The position numbers and the translations under genes are program-made. Shown one piece after another: positions 11,549-25,579 of a stretch of DNA of 64,000 nucleotides. Numbering within the stretch: the first letter of the stretch is position 1; every line of letters starts with the position of its first letter. Below the pieces are notes generated by a model. That model was not told the origin of the DNA, searched no databases, and saw only the letters and a program-made list of their open reading frames with translations. The stretch lies in assembly GCA_010093605.1 (NCBI GenBank), contig MU004188.1:747673-811672 (forward strand). The letters are read 5' to 3'. The stretch comes from Lophium mytilinum (taxonomy: Eukaryota).

Positions 11549-13221
11549 GTCGCAGGACGGAGGATCTTTTATCGAAGAAGGCGCGTTGCGGTGTGCAATT
11601 TGAGAGGGAGGGCCGGATGCGTCGAGGTGGGCGGTGTCGGTGTCGAAGTGGGTGGTAGTTGTGTCGAAGTAGGTGATTGCTGTGAAGAAGAGATTGAGGA
11701 TGTTCATGAGTGGCAGAAGAGAAGTTGGTGGAAAGATTAAAAGGGAGCCCGCCAGCCACCTTTTTAAAGTGAGAGATGCCGCCGCGCTTCGTTTTTTCTC
11801 AAAGTGAATTGAACGCTCGACCAATCACGCTCAAGGCCTCAATAGGTATTTACAGCGCCAGGCGGTAGTCCAGCAGTCGTAGATAGACTCAAGCCGAAAA
11901 CCAGGATCTCGAGTGGGAGCCATGATATTCCGGGGCTGGCTTCGTCGCCAAGTATTCTTTCCATCGCGAACATTTGAAGCTGCTCGGAAAGGGACCGCCA
12001 CGGGTCGGTCACGTGATACATTGAGTTTCCTCATGAGAAGTTTGTGAAATGCTGGAATGCATACATGAACCTGTGATCGGGGCTGGTGAAAGACCATGGC
12101 TCGTCAAAGGCTGAAAATTTTAGGGCGTATTTTGAGTGTTGGCGTCGAGTTCTAGGCAGGTTTCTCCAGATGTCGGCCATACTTTTCGCCTCTTCCAACG
12201 CTGATAATGCATGTCGGCCAATTCGAACTATCATACTGGAATCAAGTCAATATGGGGGGAAAGCACGATAATGAGTCGCACGGATGAGGTAGCAATAGCG
12301 CCAGATAAGGCAATCTGTCGGAGAACTGGAATTGAGATATACAGGAGCTCTGGTACGAAATGGCCATTTTCAGACACTTAAAGTAGAGCAGCTGCAGCTT
12401 TTTGTTAGGCGACGGCTCTTGTCTTTCGGCACCATAGCATGAGATGGGAAGGTTGAGATAGACCTAGCTATAACCGTTCTGACGGAATTGAAAGATAGAG
12501 GGCCCGATCCTGCACTTGGTGAAGAGGCATTTGCTAACTGAATGTCCGTCTGAATTCCCTGGCAAGTTCCTTTGGATTATCAAGCGGGCTTAACTTCGTC
12601 CACAGCACTCGATGCCATGGCCCTAGATATAGCTGTATTGTGTGTGCGTGTCTTCTGTCGTCAGCGGTATCCTATTAGAACCCGCGTTCGAGCTGGCCCT
12701 GGTATTCCATTCAGCTATCGTCGGCCACGATTCACTCCATCCGGCAGGGCTCCTGTACAGAACGACGTCGCCGTTGGGCTATAAATACAGCAAGTGCAGC
12801 GCTTGGCTCAGGGACAGCCCTATCATAGCGGCGAAGCGTCACTCGGCTTGTGTGTCAGCAGCCGGCCAATAATACCTGGCACAGAGTGGAGTCTAGTGCT
12901 TCCGCATCGACATTGAGGGACCTGGGACGCGCATCAGGGCATTTCAGCTCCCAACGTCCATCCGACTCCTCCTCGCCGTCGCAGAAACACCACGCCTTAG
13001 GAGCACCACTCCCATACGTCCCTGTGCGCCTTCCATCCGCTCGTTCACACCCGCGCCGCATTTGCATCCAACGCTCTGCTGAAACGGCGTTTGCGCTTAT
13101 CCTGATTTCGCGTCGCAGCTGAACCCCTTCGAGAATTTACGAACTCCTCCTCGATCCCCGAATTATGACCTCCGCGCCTCGATGAAGTTCTGCATAAAAC
13201 ACAGGAGCGCCGGCAGTTCCA

Positions 13222-16200
13222 ATGGCCTCCCCTGATCCAAATCATCGGAGGAACCTTACCACCCCGCAGTCGATACCGTTGCAAGACCTCAATCGCCCCC
13301 CAGACGACGACGATGACCACCATGGCCAGGGAGCGGCGCAGCACCGTAGGACGCTCAGCGATAGAGGGAGGAGCATGCTCAACAGACAGATGGGCGCGCT
13401 CTCTGGGGGACACTGGGGCTCGCAATATAGCCCCATAGCGGAGCGCTCGCCGAGTCCAACACGCCTGGGTACCCGACCGCCGCATGTAGATACTGCTTAT
13501 AATGGAGGACATGGCGGCGCTATGCCTCACGAAGATGGGGAATACTCGCCTATAGAGGATGTTGGTGCTTTCCAGTCCGCCATCGGATTCGGCTTCGCAG
13601 GTCTCAGCTTCCAAGGTGAAGCGCCGTATTCGCCTCAGGCGCCTCAGACACCACCTTCCGCGAGCAGAATCCAACCTCGCCCCTTGTTAACGCATAGTGA
13701 CAGCGATCCCTACTTGCCAGGACATGAATCCGAGGAACTGGGCTACTTCTCTCCCACATACGAGGACACAGCGCGGTTGACGGACGAACGACATCTTCAG
13801 CCCATTAGCGGCGCCCCTACCACGCCGATATCGCCACGAGACAGATCTAGCTTTCAAAGTGTGCGATTCTTGACACCATCCGCAGGCTCGCCGGCCTCAA
13901 AATTGGGTGACGATCTGCACAATGCTGAAGCTGGAATGCACAGCCCAGGAGGACTTCGGAGGAACAGTTCAGCGAGGAAACGATCCCTTTCGCCCTCGAC
14001 ACTCGAGTCGCCGCTACATAGGGCTGGGACTATCATGCGGAACATGTCCCAGCGTGTGGTCAACATCAGCAATGAGCCCGAGCTCGTCGAACGAGCCATT
14101 CGGAGGAAGTCATCCTTGAAACATAGAATGGATGAGCCGCCTTCATTCCCAGCGATGCCGGAGTACACCAATGATGGATCTACTTCCCCCATAGAGAAAC
14201 CACCAACCCCGACAACTAGGAAGATTCCAGATGCTCAATGGCGACGGCAGGCGAACCCACTGCGTGGGAAGTCACTGGGCATATTTTCCCCGGACAACAA
14301 AATCAGGTTATGGCTTTGTGACTTCCTCACACACCCGGCTACGGAGCCGCTTTTGCTAGTCCTAATCCTCATTCAAACCGTACTTCTAGCGGTTGACTCT
14401 GGACGTAACGTGTTTAATGATCCCAGATCTAAACGCTGGGGCACGTCAGGGATTGACTATGGCTTGCTGGCTCTGTTCGTCATATACACGATCGAGATCG
14501 TGATCCGATCTATAGTCTCTGGGTTCATGGTGAATCCTGTGGAATACAGCACCATCAACCGCAAAGTCGGACTCCGTGAGGCGGTGATAAGTAAAGGGCG
14601 CGCCGTCTTCAACGCAGACCGACAGCCATCTGTTAAACGTACTGCTTCCACCTTTGAGCCCCAGCAACCCTCTGTGTTACGAAGCTTCACCGCAGTTCAG
14701 ATGGAGGCTGACCATCCTGGCAATGTTCGACAGCAGGCCCGCATTCGACTTGCCCATCGGGCATTCCTTCGACATTCCTTCAGTAGACTAGATTTCATTG
14801 CGGTGGTGTCGTTTTGGATTGCCTTTGCACTCGGTGTTTCTGGGATCGAATCGCGTCGTCACATTTATGTCTTTCGAATGCTAAGTTGTTTGCGCATTCT
14901 TCGACTGCTCAACCTGACAAGTGGTACAACTGTGAGTTAAAGTGCCTTCTTCGCATAGGGATTGCCTTCTAAATCATCCTGACAGGTCATTCTGCGAAGC
15001 TTGAAAAAGGCTGCCCCACTTTTAGTTAACGTGGCCTTTCTCATCAGCTTCTTTTGGCTCTTGTTTGCAATTATTGGTGTGCAAACCTTCAAGTCTAGCT
15101 TGCGGCGCAACTGTGTCTGGATAGACCCTACGGGTGTTTCAAACTTCACCAACGAAGATCAATTCTGTGGGGGGTATCGGGACAACAATACCGGAACGCT
15201 AATGCCATATCTCAAGGCGAATAATGAGGCAGGAACAGACAAGCACAAAGGCTTCATATGTCCACGAGGTTCAATATGCATCGAGGGAAACAACCCATTC
15301 AATGGAACAGTAAGCTTTGACAACATTTTCCAGTCCCTGGAACTAGTGTTTGTCATCATGTCCTCCAATACGTATTCCGATCTCCTTTACAAGGTCGCCG
15401 ATAGTGACTACTTAGCCGGTGCAATTTGTAAGCTTTTCCCAGCTGTATTCGAGGATTTTAGCGCTAATGTTGCTAGTCTTCGCCGCTGGTATTGTCATTA
15501 TGAGTCTCTGGTTGATCAATTTGGTCGGTTACTTCCTGTTCATACCCAGAGAAGACACTGACTTTATAAGCTCATTGCCGTCATCACATCGTCATTTCAA
15601 GTCATTAGGGAAGAAAGCAAAGCTAGTGCCTTCACTGGCCAGGAGAAGTAAGTTCCTCATCCTAAGTGACGATGCGTGATTCTGTTCTAAGGCTGACTCA
15701 TCGTAGCGAGCCAATTGCAGATGGAGACTCTGAAAGTACTCGAAAGCGTCGTGTGAGCACTCTGAAGCGATTTTATGATAAATCTTCATGGTTTTGGATC
15801 CTCGTAATCTCTTATGGCCTGATTTGCCAGTCTTTGCGAAGTGCGAGCATGAGTCCCCACCGGGAGCGGTTCATAAGTAAGAACAGATTCCACGTGTATC
15901 CGATTCGCTCTCGCTAACTTTTAGTGAGACATGTCGGAAACCGCAGTTTCTCTCATTCTACTATTCGAAATCGTTCTACGATTTCTGGTGGATTGGCGCC
16001 ATTTCTTCCAGAGCAGGCGCAACGTCGTGGATCTTGGCTTGGCAATCATTACCACCGTGATACAGATACCAGCCGTGAAGCACGCACGCGACGGGAGACC
16101 TTATGCTTGGCTAACAATCTTCCAAATTGTGCGAATATACCGGGTGGTCTTGGCTGTGCCGCTTACACGAGATCTGATTGTGAGTTGCCAGGTCCAAGAC

Positions 16201-19200
16201 AGCTACTTCTGAATCCTAACGATGAATAGATGATCGTCTTGGGCAACGTCAGCGGCCTACTCAACCTAATTCTCTTTGTGTTTCTTCTCACCTTTCTTGC
16301 CGCAATATTCGCAGCTCAAATCTTTCGCGGAGAGATTCCAGAGACTGATGGCAGCGGAGACAATGTCCAAGCTCCTTTCTCGACCATCTACAATTCCTTC
16401 TTGGGGATGTATCAAATACTCTCAAGCGAAAATTGGACGACAATCATGTACGACGTCACCAACTATGAAGATTTTTTCAACACTGCTTGGATCGGAGCTG
16501 CGTTCTGCATTCTATGGTTTATATTTGCCAACTGTATGTTCAGTCCCGATTCTTTTGCATCAAGTGTGCTAAAGCATCGTAGTCATTGTGTTGAATATGT
16601 TTATTGCTGTCATCCAAGAGAATTTCGATGTCTCTGAAGATGAAAAACGGCTTCAGCAAGTCAAGGCCTTCCTCCAGAAACGAGATCACGGGATGGAATC
16701 TTCGTACGGGTAAGCAAGCTAACTCTACCTAATTTCCCACTTTCATATCTGATCTTAACACGCCCAGAAACTTGTCGCTCTCCACCATTTTCAAACTTGG
16801 ACAGGCTAGTCGTAAGGACCCTCTAGACTATGGCACCGCTGCAACAGAAATGCTCCTGAAGGACGCTGTCGTCCGCGACTTTCTTGACGAGGGCGAAGAA
16901 GGCGTAAACAGCCCCAGCAGTGAAGAACCTCATCCCACGCTCCGACCAGCGCCTACAATAGTGGGAACAGGCGTACTAAGCTCTTTATGGTCACGAGCAG
17001 TAAGGCGAATTACACATCATGAACCAAACCCATTCTACTCCTCGTTGGAATTCTCGCGAGCCTACGAAGACCTTGACCCTAGGCAAATGGCAAAAGAGGT
17101 TGTTACCGCGAGTGAACGCCGGAAGAAGGCCCAAAGAGAATACCTTCGGAAGCATCCAAGATACAACGTGTCGCTCTTTATGTTCGGACCTAACAATCCC
17201 ATCCGTCGACTCTGCCAGCGATTTGTGGGTCCTGGTCGCGGTGGTGATCGCATTGAAGGTGTGGCCCCTTCCGTGCCCCTTTGGTATGGCTTTTCGGCGC
17301 TCATTTACGCGGCCATCATTGCCATGGTCCTTTTGGCCTGTGTCACTACGCCTGTCTATCAAAGGAACTATTTCCTTACTCACGATTTCAGCGTCAAGAA
17401 CTGGTTCGTCTTCACGGACATGGGGTTCGCAATCTTCTTCAGTGTCGAGGCCATCATCAAGGTGATTGCCGACGGCTTTTTCTGGACCCCAAATGCCTAC
17501 TTCCGAGGCTCATGGGGATTTATCGATGGCATCGTGCTCATCACGCTTTGGATCAATGTTGGCACTTCTTTGTACAGTGAGGGCCAAGTAACACGAACGG
17601 TCGGTGCTTTCAAAGCGCTGCGAGCCCTTAGGCTCCTCAACGTCAGTGACAGTGCTAGGGATCATTTCCACTCGGTCATCGTCCGAGGAGGTTGGAAAGT
17701 CGTCTCAGTAAGCTCTCCTCTGCCGTAAACGAATACGGACACTGACGAAATTATAGGCTGCCTTCGTTTCGCTGAGCTTGCTCATTCCTTTTGCACTTTA
17801 CGGGTTGAATCTATTCGTCGGCAGGATGCAAGCTTGTAACGATGACGGCTCCAACATCTTCGATCTTCGGGATTGTGTGGGAGAATACGACAGTTCACCC
17901 TACAATTGGAACGTCCTAGCCCCTCGTCAAGCCTCAAATTCCTACTTCGACTTTGACAACTTTGGAAACTCTCTCTTCATTCTTTTCCAGATTGTGTCTC
18001 AGGAAGGATGGATTGATGTAATGTGGGCATCGGAAGGAATCACTGGCGTTTTCACTCAGCCTCAGCCATTCGCTTCCCAGGGAAACGCTCTTTTCTTCGT
18101 TGTTTTCAACCTCCTCGGTGCTGTCTTCGTGTTGACATTGTTTGTCTCTGTCTTCATGCGAAATTACACGGAGCAGACCGGCGTTGCCTTTCTCACTACG
18201 GATCAACGTTCGTGGCTTGAATTGAGGAAACTCTTACGGCAAATATCGCCGTCGAAAAGGCCATCGTCCAATAAACGGAGAGAGACGTGGGAAGAGTGGT
18301 GCTACCGCCGAGCGGTGCGGAAGACTGGCCGTTGGCAAAGATTCGTCACTTTCCTCCTGATATTGCATCTCATCCTCCTCTGTTTGGAATGGTATCCAGG
18401 CGTCTTTGGATGGGATCGAGCACGAGGTATGTCCACATCAAGATTCAATAGTATTCTCGCTAATTTCTTTAGACTTCATATTCCTCTTCTTCACTGTGCT
18501 TTATATTGCCAACATAATCATTCGGATAATAGGCCTCACCTGGCAGAGGTTTCGCAAGAGTTCGTGGGATATCTACTCCCTCTTTGCTGTCTCAGGAACC
18601 TTCATCACCTCCATTCTACTCCTATCCAACTTCAAGCAGTGGGTTTATGTACAACTCCACAAGTTATGCTTAGTGTCTATTGCGCTACTCCTAATACCAC
18701 GAAACAACCAACTGGATCAGCTATTCAAGACAGCGGCAGCAAGTTTGAGCGCAATTATGAACTTGCTTGCTACATGGTTTGTTCTCTTCCTCGTCTACGC
18801 TATAGCCCTCACTCAGACTTTTGGACTCACGAGGTTCAACGAGAACGAAACTGGCAACGTCAATTTCAGGGATGTTCCGAAGGCCCTTATCCTTCTTTTC
18901 CGCATGAGTACCGGAGAAGGTTGGAATCAGATCATGGAAGACTTTGCTGGGGTGACGCCACCTTTCTGCACAGTCGGGAAACGATACTTTGACGGGGATT
19001 GCGGCAGTCCTGAATGGGCCAGAGCTCTATTCATCTCTTGGAACATACTGAGCATGTACATCTTCGTCAACTTGTTCGTCTCGCTCATATACGAGAGCTT
19101 CAGTTACGTGTATCAGAGAAGCAGCGGGCTGTCGGTCATCAGCCGAGAGGAGATTCGTCGATTCAAGCAGGCATGGGCCGAGTTTGATCCGAATGGAAGT

Positions 19201-20307
19201 GGGTACATATCAAAAGAAGTCTTCCCCAGACTGCTAGGAGTAAGTCATCAAACCGGAAACCCCCAACACCTTTGCATAGCTAACACAATCTATAGGAACT
19301 GTCTGGTGTCTTCGAGATGAGAATTTACGATGGCGACTTCACCGTTCGCCGACTCATCGAAGATTGCAGTACCGCCAGGAGGCAGTCCGGGCTCCCTGTG
19401 GAGGGGCATGATCCAGCGCCTGAGATTGACCTTGCCAAACTCAATCGTCGTCTAGCCGAGCTACCACAGTTAGAGATTCGAAAAAGAAGGGCGCGCATGA
19501 ATACGTTCTACGAAGAAGTGCTGGTTTCAAGCGATCCTGACAAGGGCATTGCATTCAACGCACTTCTCATGATCCTAGCTCATTACAAGGTCATCAACGA
19601 CAACAAAAGCTTGAGGTAAGCGAAGTCCCCAGCATGTGCTTGCACAGCCGACTAACGTGATCATTACCAGACTGGAAGAGTTCCTTCGCCGTCGAGCGCG
19701 CCTTCAGCGTGTAGAAGAGGCCGTACGTCGAAATGTGGTCGTGGGGTTCTTTGATACCCTCTTCTGGGCTCGCAAATTCCGCCGCGCTCAAGACATCAAG
19801 AACTCAGGACGCATGACACAAGTGCCACAGTTCACGGTGCCGGAGATCTTCGTGGATGACGAAGACATCACCAACGCGCAACGCGCCCATCCACCTGGCA
19901 TCAGTCCGTTGCTCTCACCAGTCGACCTGTCCCCACTCGACCATGACTGGCGCGCAACAGGCAGCGATCTCACGTCGCCGTCGCCACCAGCGGATATGTC
20001 ACTGCGCAGCCGTGCAAACTCCATCCAAGTCTCGCCAAGCGCATCTCCAACCCGAGCGGGATTCTCAACTTCTCCAGCGGGGTCGCCATACAATGCTCCT
20101 GCAGACGGCAGACCAGCAGACTGGCAATTCGCCACAGCCCTCAGCCGGCCGCCAAGTCCGCTCGAGGTAGACCCCGGGCCAGCTGGAGCACGCAGCAGGG
20201 CCAACAGCAGCGTCAGCGCACAAGACGTTTTGGAGGTGCTGGACAACTCGGCGTGGGGCGAGAGCATTCGGCGCAGTTTCACGCTGCGACGGCCTCCAGG
20301 ACGGTGA
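13222..20307 (+). CDS. CCH1: High-affinity calcium channel pore-forming subunit Cch1 (multi-exon, four-repeat channel)
   Basis: S4-like segments (RMLSCLRILRLL, FKALRALRLL). Four pore loops MSSNTY, LSSENW, VSQEGW and STGEGW. EF-hand-like FKQAWAEFDPNGSGYI. Fungal C-terminal LDNSAWGESIRRSFT. Multiple GT-AG introns join the ORF fragments. Confidence 0.97.
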
Positions 20308-22244
20308 GGCAGGCCGTTTGCTCAAGCACTTTTCTTTGTCGCAGCATGATGTTTTACGGAGGCCGATGTTTGGCCATGGGGCATGATCTACGCCGGGGGC
20401 TTGGGGCTGGGCAGGGTGGAGGAACGTGATAACGGAGGGCAGGAGCAAGGGCCGTGGAAACAGCGGCCGTGCATGCGGGCTGCCCGTGGTTGTCTACGAG
20501 GAAGAAGGGTATGACGGGACGGGCTTGGAGCGTTTGGGCGTCGGTATTTGCACATATGGGCTTGTACATGTACATGTACAACAAGAACGGAGGGGCGCGG
20601 CCTGCACGTATTGGAGGTGTTGGGACTAGGGGGTGGCAGGCCAGTGTAGAGCGAGGAGATTCATGTCTTTGGCAGCATAGCGACGGCGTTTGACAGGCTA
20701 GAATATTACCTATATAGGCTCAAGTGTGTTGGACAGGGAGAATGTGTGCTGCGACGTGTGCCTCTCTGCGCGTTACCCCCTTAGAGACGCGTCTAACCCG
20801 CCAGGGCGTCGTCCTGGGACCATGGTCCATGGCTTGCTGGTGGAGCCGAGAGCCGGCAGTAGAAGCATGCGCGTCTTACGCGTGTTTGAGGACGCCATTT
20901 CGAGAAAACAGCTGCCATAATACAAAATGGACATCTCGTGATGTGTCTACTGCCTACGGAATACTATCAACGCAACGGATAGGACATCCACTAGCACAGC
21001 ACGCAAAATGCCGTGTCTCAGCACGCCTCTATCGCGGTCTCCGGCTGGGTAGTCTTCACTCCGGCTTCAGTCAGCCAGTAGTGGCCAGCACCCCTAGATA
21101 CGTACCTCCAGTCACTATCACGGGCAGTTCCACCGCAACCACACTAGCATGAATGTGAATGCTCTCCTGAAAAAGCGTCCTGTTCCGGCCACTGCCAGGC
21201 CACCGTGTTAGAAAGCGCAGCCGGCTATCCGTTCTCTCGCAGCGAACTGCTGATCGCGGCCGCCTCTCCGTCAATACATTGCTGTCGGCTGTTGGCTGGC
21301 TCGCGCGTGTGCTGTGTGTCGGGGCTCTCTTCCGCCTGGTGCATGGTGAAACGGGCGCTGGAACGCGGGCGGCGCGGGCGTCTCAAGGCTGCTGGGATTG
21401 CTCGGACGGCGGCGGTGGTGCTTCCAATTGCTCGCCGCGCACACGACACAGGCCGCACGTCAGAAGGCGGGCCAAGCGTGTCGTGTCCTGCAACCGGTCC
21501 ATGGGCCCCACCGCACCTTTTTCCCTCGCTTTGACGGCTGCGGCGTGGTGACACGCCCAGCCCAGGGAGAACAGACAGGAGACCCGTATCGACGTGGTTA
21601 GGGGTGCTGTGGATGTGGGAGAGGTATTTTCAATATAAGCCCGGCTGAGTCGCTCGTTCGTTGGCGGCCCCTCTCTCCACTCCTTGGTTGCGAGTTGATT
21701 GAGAGATTGATATTTGCCAGCTGTGCTGAATTTCATCCCTTCATTCTTGAGGATAGCGTGGCTGAGTGGTACTTTAATTCCTGCGTCTGATACCTTACCC
21801 ATTACTACTTGACTCTCGCTCTCTGCTACTCCCTTCCTTCCCTCTCTTCGTTTGCTCTTCTCCACTCTTTTGCGACTTCTGAGAAGTCCCGCTCCCCGTT
21901 CCGCACGTCGTTGCTGGGTTGATCATCAATATTGGATCGACGTTCCACACGGCCAGCCACCACGCTCGCTGCCCACATTCTTCAACACCACACCACACCA
22001 CACCGCGGCCAGCAGGACCTGCGTCGCGCTTCCCCTCGCTACAGCTACCTCTTCTCCGACGCCCGGGCCGGGACACCAAACAACAGCCACCAGCTACCGC
22101 TGCTCCGATCGCTGAAACTACGCCATCGACCGCGATATATATCTGTCGTCCATCCCATCCCTAAGAAAGCAAAGCAAGAAGTAGCACCGTCTACCACCAC
22201 CAACCTCTACTTCCAACTATCCTAAACGATAATACACCGCTACA

Positions 22245-22601
22245 ATGCGCACCCATACCCGCTTCCAACCCCTCCGCACCCCCTCGCTGCGCCGCCTACG
22301 CACCGCCTTCTCCCCACCCCGCGGCCCCCGCTCTGCCTCCAGCAGCACCGCCTCGTCCACACGTACTACTTCGCCGCTCACGCGCACCTCGTCGCCAGAC
22401 TCGCACTTCAGCGCCGCTTCCTCGACCACGTCGTCGCTGCGCGCGCTGCTGCTCCTGCGCCGCAAGCCTAGCAGCCTGGATCTCGAGATGGAGGAGGAGC
22501 GGCGCAGCTTTGGCGTTGAGTTGGGGATGCTGGAGCCACGGCCGAGCGGGGAGGCGAGGGGGATGGGAGGGATTTTCGAGGTGTTGGACGGGAGGGTTTA
22601 G
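22245..22601 (+). CDS. Small Ser-rich hypothetical protein (118 aa)
   Basis: ACAATG start after a long CT/CA-rich leader. Strong coding-like GC3. The C-terminal LRRKPSxxDLxxEEE...LEPRP...GGIFEVL pattern resembles small conserved Pezizomycotina proteins. Confidence 0.75.
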   Translation: MRTHTRFQPLRTPSLRRLRTAFSPPRGPRSASSSTASSTRTTSPLTRTSSPDSHFSAASSTTSSLRALLLLRRKPSSLDLEMEEERRSFGVELGMLEPRPSGEARGMGGIFEVLDGRV

Positions 22602-23314
22602 AGGAGTCACGTGGATGATGTTAGGGTTGTGCGCGGCGCGCAGCCAAGAGTGGTCAGAGAGGCTGGAAGATTGCGGAGATTGGAGAAGTCGAAACGATGA
22701 TGAGGTTGAAGCGTGACGTGGAGGATGGGGATCGGATGATGGACAGGGGTTGGGGGGATGGTGGAGGGCTTGGCGTTTCAGCTTTGCTTGAGGGAGATGG
22801 GGGTTGGATCGTCGAGACGAACATCATTCAGCACGCTTCAGCTTTGCGGCGCTGGTATAACGAAAGGATGAGTCACCGGCGCAAGGGATTTTTAGATGTT
22901 ACATATTCTGTTCATGATATGAAGGAGTACTTTTGGGGTGTAATGAAGGGGTCTTGGTATGGTTGGATGGTTCAACCGTGTTTATTTGATGGAGTATTGG
23001 GATTTGGTGTATCTTTCTCTTACTCTTTCAGTCTTTTTTTTCCGTCTTGGGATTCGAGAGGGGTGGGTGGACTGTAGAGAGGGGGAAATATACCCGTTCG
23101 TTCCTTTCAAAAAAACGTCTGGACCTGTGATGACGGAGAATTTGCACTTAGCTGTGGTTCAGCGCGGTCTGAAAGGACTCTAGCTCGCCCCAAACAGCAA
23201 GTCCACATCGGTTACGGGATTTTGGGAAGTATATTGGAGGATATCCTCATGCCGTGGTAAGTAGCATAAGCAAGTTCGTTTCAGTCGTCTAGGCAGCTTC
23301 GACTGATGCCTAGT

Positions 23315-24943
23315 TCAGTTCCAGTCGTCAAGCCCGCCGTTCATGCCCACCCAGCGGCCTACGCCCGTATTCCAGCCCGGCCAGTAAGCGTTAGAGGTGT
23401 TCTCGTTTGCGGCCTCGTGCTCAGCCCACAGCATGTCGAACTCCAAGCTCGTCGTTAGCAAGACCGCATCCAGAGTATCTTCTTCCAATTCATCTGAGTA
23501 CGGCCCATATCCCTCTGAACCGTCCCATCCGCCCGTTGGGGATAGGCTGACATCTTCAAGGCCTTCTTCTGCGCTCACAGGCCCTGACCAGCGCATCGGA
23601 TAGTCGGAGAGGTAGTCTGGAGTCCTGAGGCTATTTCCGTGCTCGTCATTATGGCAGTCATACGCCACGATCCATCCGATCTCTTTATGGGGTAATACAT
23701 CGATGACTCTCAGCCCCCGTTGCCCCAACAGCTCTCCTTTTTTCAGCAGGGTTTTTCTCATCTCCATCGTTTGCAGCTTCAAGTGCTGTTGCAACCTGTC
23801 AATCGGCATCCCTTGATCCTCTTCGTGATACTTCATCCAGCCCGGTCGTCTCACTTCCATGTGTAATGCCAATCTTTCAACTTTGATGCCCGATCGCAGA
23901 ACCTCGGAAATCCAGTGAGGAGAAGGAATCCAAACCCCATCTTCTGAGCTCCAGTACCAGGGCATAGGTGTCTCCAAGATCCAAGGAGAAGTAATGGCTT
24001 CTTCAATGTCGTCGAGTTCCGCACAGTATGCTACGGCTCCGAGTTCTAGATCGCTCAGCTGTAACGTCGAGATCATCCCCAAGAGTCGTGCCCAGTCCTC
24101 ATCCACAGGGACATGGCAGGAGCAAGGGCTCAATTCGACGAATAGGCCGATTTTCCGAATGCTCTCCAATGCCCCAGTCGGACGATCGTGCAAAAACGCC
24201 AAACAAACCGAAGCAGGCCAGCCAGTGAGATGGTCGTAGAAGCAGAACGTGTTGTACTTATAGAAGACCTCGGCCGCTTCGCGATATACCTGCTTTGAGA
24301 CGGAGAGCAAGCTGAGCTGGACTCCAGGTTTGCATTCTTGACAAGGCCCGTCGAAGGATTTGTCTCTGCACTGATCGCACTTCTCGCAGCAATCCGGCTC
24401 AGGCGGCTCATGCACGTCCCAGATACTGTGCTCGAACTCGCTCCAGATACTATGCTGCCCCTCAAACTCCTCTATATCCACCTTGCTGTCACACTTCTTC
24501 TCGCAGGGCATCATCAAAGCATCTTGGCCATACGTCGCGAGTTGGTGCACACCCATTCTGCAGCATGGGCGTGCAGGAACGGGAGGCTTTCCCTTCTCTA
24601 TCCGTTCCTGTCGCTTCGTCGCTTCTTTTGCTGAGATCTGCACACCAAACGTGTTGCGAGACCGAACTTCTGCGCAAAGAAGCCGCCACATCTTTTGGTG
24701 CTTACTCATCGGAACTGTAGACACATGGCACAAGCGGGCCACGATATGTATCTGATCGTATATGAGGGCATAGCCGTAGATGCGATCACGGAGCTCGCGA
24801 GGCAAGTCGAGAAAGCGAAACGGTTGATCGGAAGATAACGCTGCCATAGGCGGAGAGGCTTCTTTCTTCGACGGGGCTTCACAACGAAATATGAAGGCCG
24901 AATTAGGTAGAGAGGACATCTTATCCTGTAGTGATCGCAACAT
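23315..24943 (-). CDS. F-box-like (FLxLPRELRDRIY) fungal hypothetical protein, DUF7730-type; start may instead be 24919 or 24847
   Basis: 542-aa ORF with RFLDLPRELRDRIYGYAL and LLSVSKQVYREAAEVFYKYNTF, hallmark motifs of this expanded fungal family. Cys-rich inserts. Confidence 0.85.
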   Translation of the reverse strand: MLRSLQDKMSSLPNSAFIFRCEAPSKKEASPPMAALSSDQPFRFLDLPRELRDRIYGYALIYDQIHIVARLCHVSTVPMSKHQKMWRLLCAEVRSRNTFGVQISAKEATKRQERIEKGKPPVPARPCCRMGVHQLATYGQDALMMPCEKKCDSKVDIEEFEGQHSIWSEFEHSIWDVHEPPEPDCCEKCDQCRDKSFDGPCQECKPGVQLSLLSVSKQVYREAAEVFYKYNTFCFYDHLTGWPASVCLAFLHDRPTGALESIRKIGLFVELSPCSCHVPVDEDWARLLGMISTLQLSDLELGAVAYCAELDDIEEAITSPWILETPMPWYWSSEDGVWIPSPHWISEVLRSGIKVERLALHMEVRRPGWMKYHEEDQGMPIDRLQQHLKLQTMEMRKTLLKKGELLGQRGLRVIDVLPHKEIGWIVAYDCHNDEHGNSLRTPDYLSDYPMRWSGPVSAEEGLEDVSLSPTGGWDGSEGYGPYSDELEEDTLDAVLLTTSLEFDMLWAEHEAANENTSNAYWPGWNTGVGRWVGMNGGLDDWN

Positions 24944-25579
24944 GAAGCAGGCCGGATCAAGTGAAGACCATAGCGGGATGACTGTACGAGTCGGGGTTGT
25001 CGTGTTGTTCGAGGGTCGAATCCAACGGAAGCCGAGCGTGAAGTGTAGGTGTATGACAGTGTCAGCGCTTGCCTCGACCTCTGGAAGATGGAGTCACCCG
25101 GCCAGGTCAATGACTGTGCTTGAAATTTTGGTGAGTGGAGGATGGAGTGAAGAAGAGAGGTGGAGAAGAGATACCTGTCGTATAGATAAAGTTGTCGGAG
25201 ACGCTACCGGCACGCTAGTCTAACTTGGGCCGGTGACCCCGTGGTTGAGCAAAAGGAATAGCTTCGATTCTATATCTTATGATAAGTGCACTGATCTAGC
25301 AGTGAGATCAATCGATAGTAAAGATATAGACATGAGGCTTTACTCTCACGACCTGTCTCTACCTACCATGGCCTTCTCTACTACGACACATCCACGTTCG
25401 TTCCTCAATTACGGCCACCTCTATCACAGTCGTCTTAATCTGACTTCTCCGTGCCGATTCCCAAGTCCTCAACTACCAGATCATCCAGCTTCAGGATTTC
25501 CGCACCCTCATCCCCAACATCTCTTTCCAAGACTCTACCATAACTTTAACTCATGTTTACCATCCTCCGAAACATACAT

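Noticed and set aside
15340..18930. Unusual N-E-E-E selectivity filter of the channel
   Set aside because: This is the known pattern for fungal Cch1, so it is not novel.
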